From a virus (taxonomy: Duplodnaviria > Caudoviricetes), in the IMG/VR virus record IMGVR_UViG_3300032274_000001, positions 1 to 64,000 of that record: DNA of 64,000 nt; one strand, written 5' to 3'. Of this stretch, positions 62,975-64,000 are shown in pieces. A model generated the notes under the pieces. The model was not told where the DNA came from. It made no database searches and saw only the letters and a list, made by a program, of their open reading frames with translations. The stretch's first letter is position 1. Each line of letters begins with the position of its first letter. Made by a program: the position numbers and the translations under genes.

Positions 62975-64000
62975 TGCGACAGGGAAGGCGCATCTGGGCC
63001 GGGGCGCTGGGGCTGATTGCCTTGGCGGTTGCGGCCCCGGTCTGGGGGGTAGAGACGGGCCAGGCCGGCTACCCAGACTACTACGACCCCCGGGCCTACG
63101 GGGCGGTCTGCGATGGCTCTACGGACGACCGTGCGGCCTTCCAGGCGGCTATCGACGAGGCGACGACCGCAGGCGGGACGGTCTACTGTCCGGACAACCA
63201 CACGTGTGTGATCGGCGGAGTCGGGCTGGTGATGAAGGACAACGTGCGGCTGGTCGGCACGCACTCGTGCACGCTCCAGGCGGCCACGGGGATCTCTGCG
63301 GAGATCCTGAACGGTTCGAGCCTCGCCGACATCACCGTGCAAGGGGTCAGGTTCGACATCAGCGGCGAGGACCAAGGCGCGATGGACCTGGCCGGGACGA
63401 ACATGTGGGTCCTCAACAACTACGTGAGTGGCCTCGACGCCGCTTCGGGGTCTGGCATTGCCAGCGTAGACATTGATTGCACGAGCCAGGCCAGGAAGGC
63501 GTGCATCGTTCGTGGCAACACCATCGTCGGCACGAACACCTCGGCACGGACAGACATCGGGCTGCTCTACGAGGGTGGGGGCACGGTCAACGGCTACGCC
63601 CAAGAGATCTCCGCGAACGAGATCATTCGGACCGGTGGCGACGGGATCCAGGTGCAGGGGATTGGAACTGTCACGTCGTCTCTACGCATCCACAACAACA
63701 CGATCGAAGACGGCCATGGCTACGGAATTGCGCTGACGGGGTTGACCGTCACGGATTCGGTGGCCTCGCAGTCGATCATCTCCGACAACAACATCCACAC
63801 GGTGGGGACAGCCTGCATTCTGACCGAGCACTCCAACGTCACGATCGCGAACAACACGTGCCATCTCGGCCCGACCTGGGGCGTGATTGCACGCAACAGT
63901 GACGACAGCTCCAACCTGGCTGGGGTGCTGGTGCAGGACAACTACCTCGCGGGCCTGTGGACGTGGTTCGATTCGCAGGGGCATTGCTCACCGACGAACT
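62974..64000 (+). CDS. Tailspike/pectate-lyase-3-like beta-helix protein with a Sec signal (3'-truncated, not in ORF track)
   Basis: ATG overlaps the upstream TAA; MRQGRRIWAGALGLIALAVAAPVWG; YGAVCDGSTDDRAAFQAAID...GGTVYCP; N-T-I repeats. Confidence 0.8.
   Translation, partial: MRQGRRIWAGALGLIALAVAAPVWGVETGQAGYPDYYDPRAYGAVCDGSTDDRAAFQAAIDEATTAGGTVYCPDNHTCVIGGVGLVMKDNVRLVGTHSCTLQAATGISAEILNGSSLADITVQGVRFDISGEDQGAMDLAGTNMWVLNNYVSGLDAASGSGIASVDIDCTSQARKACIVRGNTIVGTNTSARTDIGLLYEGGGTVNGYAQEISANEIIRTGGDGIQVQGIGTVTSSLRIHNNTIEDGHGYGIALTGLTVTDSVASQSIISDNNIHTVGTACILTEHSNVTIANNTCHLGPTWGVIARNSDDSSNLAGVLVQDNYLAGLWTWFDSQGHCSPTN

Noticed and set aside
1-64000. Stop-codon reassignment, DGR, integrase/att site, tRNA genes
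   Set aside because: Large genes are intact in code 11 and use TAG as a normal stop; no RT, recombinase, TR/VR pair or cloverleaf noticed by eye (not exhaustive)

Overview
A GC-rich (roughly two-thirds GC by eye) 64 kb segment of a tailed dsDNA phage with an HK97-fold capsid and probably a long tail, truncated at both ends. Layout: tail genes on + (1-10.5 kb: tape measure, minor tail protein, 2027-aa tail/fibre protein); a leftward block of small accessory ORFs (10.5-17.7 kb); a rightward nuclease/secreted-protein/lysis cassette (17.8-21.8 kb); a leftward block with an IbrA / EctC-IbrB module and recombination genes (21.8-28.9 kb); then a long rightward run with a C5-methyltransferase, replication genes, RRM, SpoU, GroES, HD, terminase, portal-gpF, protease, major capsid, a glycosyltransferase/ATP-grasp/methyltransferase block and signal-peptide-bearing tail-fibre-like proteins. 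I saw no integrase, tRNA, CRISPR array or reverse transcriptase. A lipoprotein plus SLT endolysin suggests a diderm host (inference). Best candidates for undescribed biology: (1) an ectoine-synthase cupin fused to IbrB within a 3-gene IbrA module that has its own operator; (2) a twin-arginine protein carrying a gapless copy of a 34-aa capsid segment, just downstream of the capsid gene; (3) a ~300-nt multi-helix RNA leader before an SD-less capsid gene; (4) a glycan-modifying block beside Sec-signal tail-fibre proteins; (5) a GTAAAC-N10/11-GTTTAC operator set. All family calls come from motif recognition by eye, not database searches.
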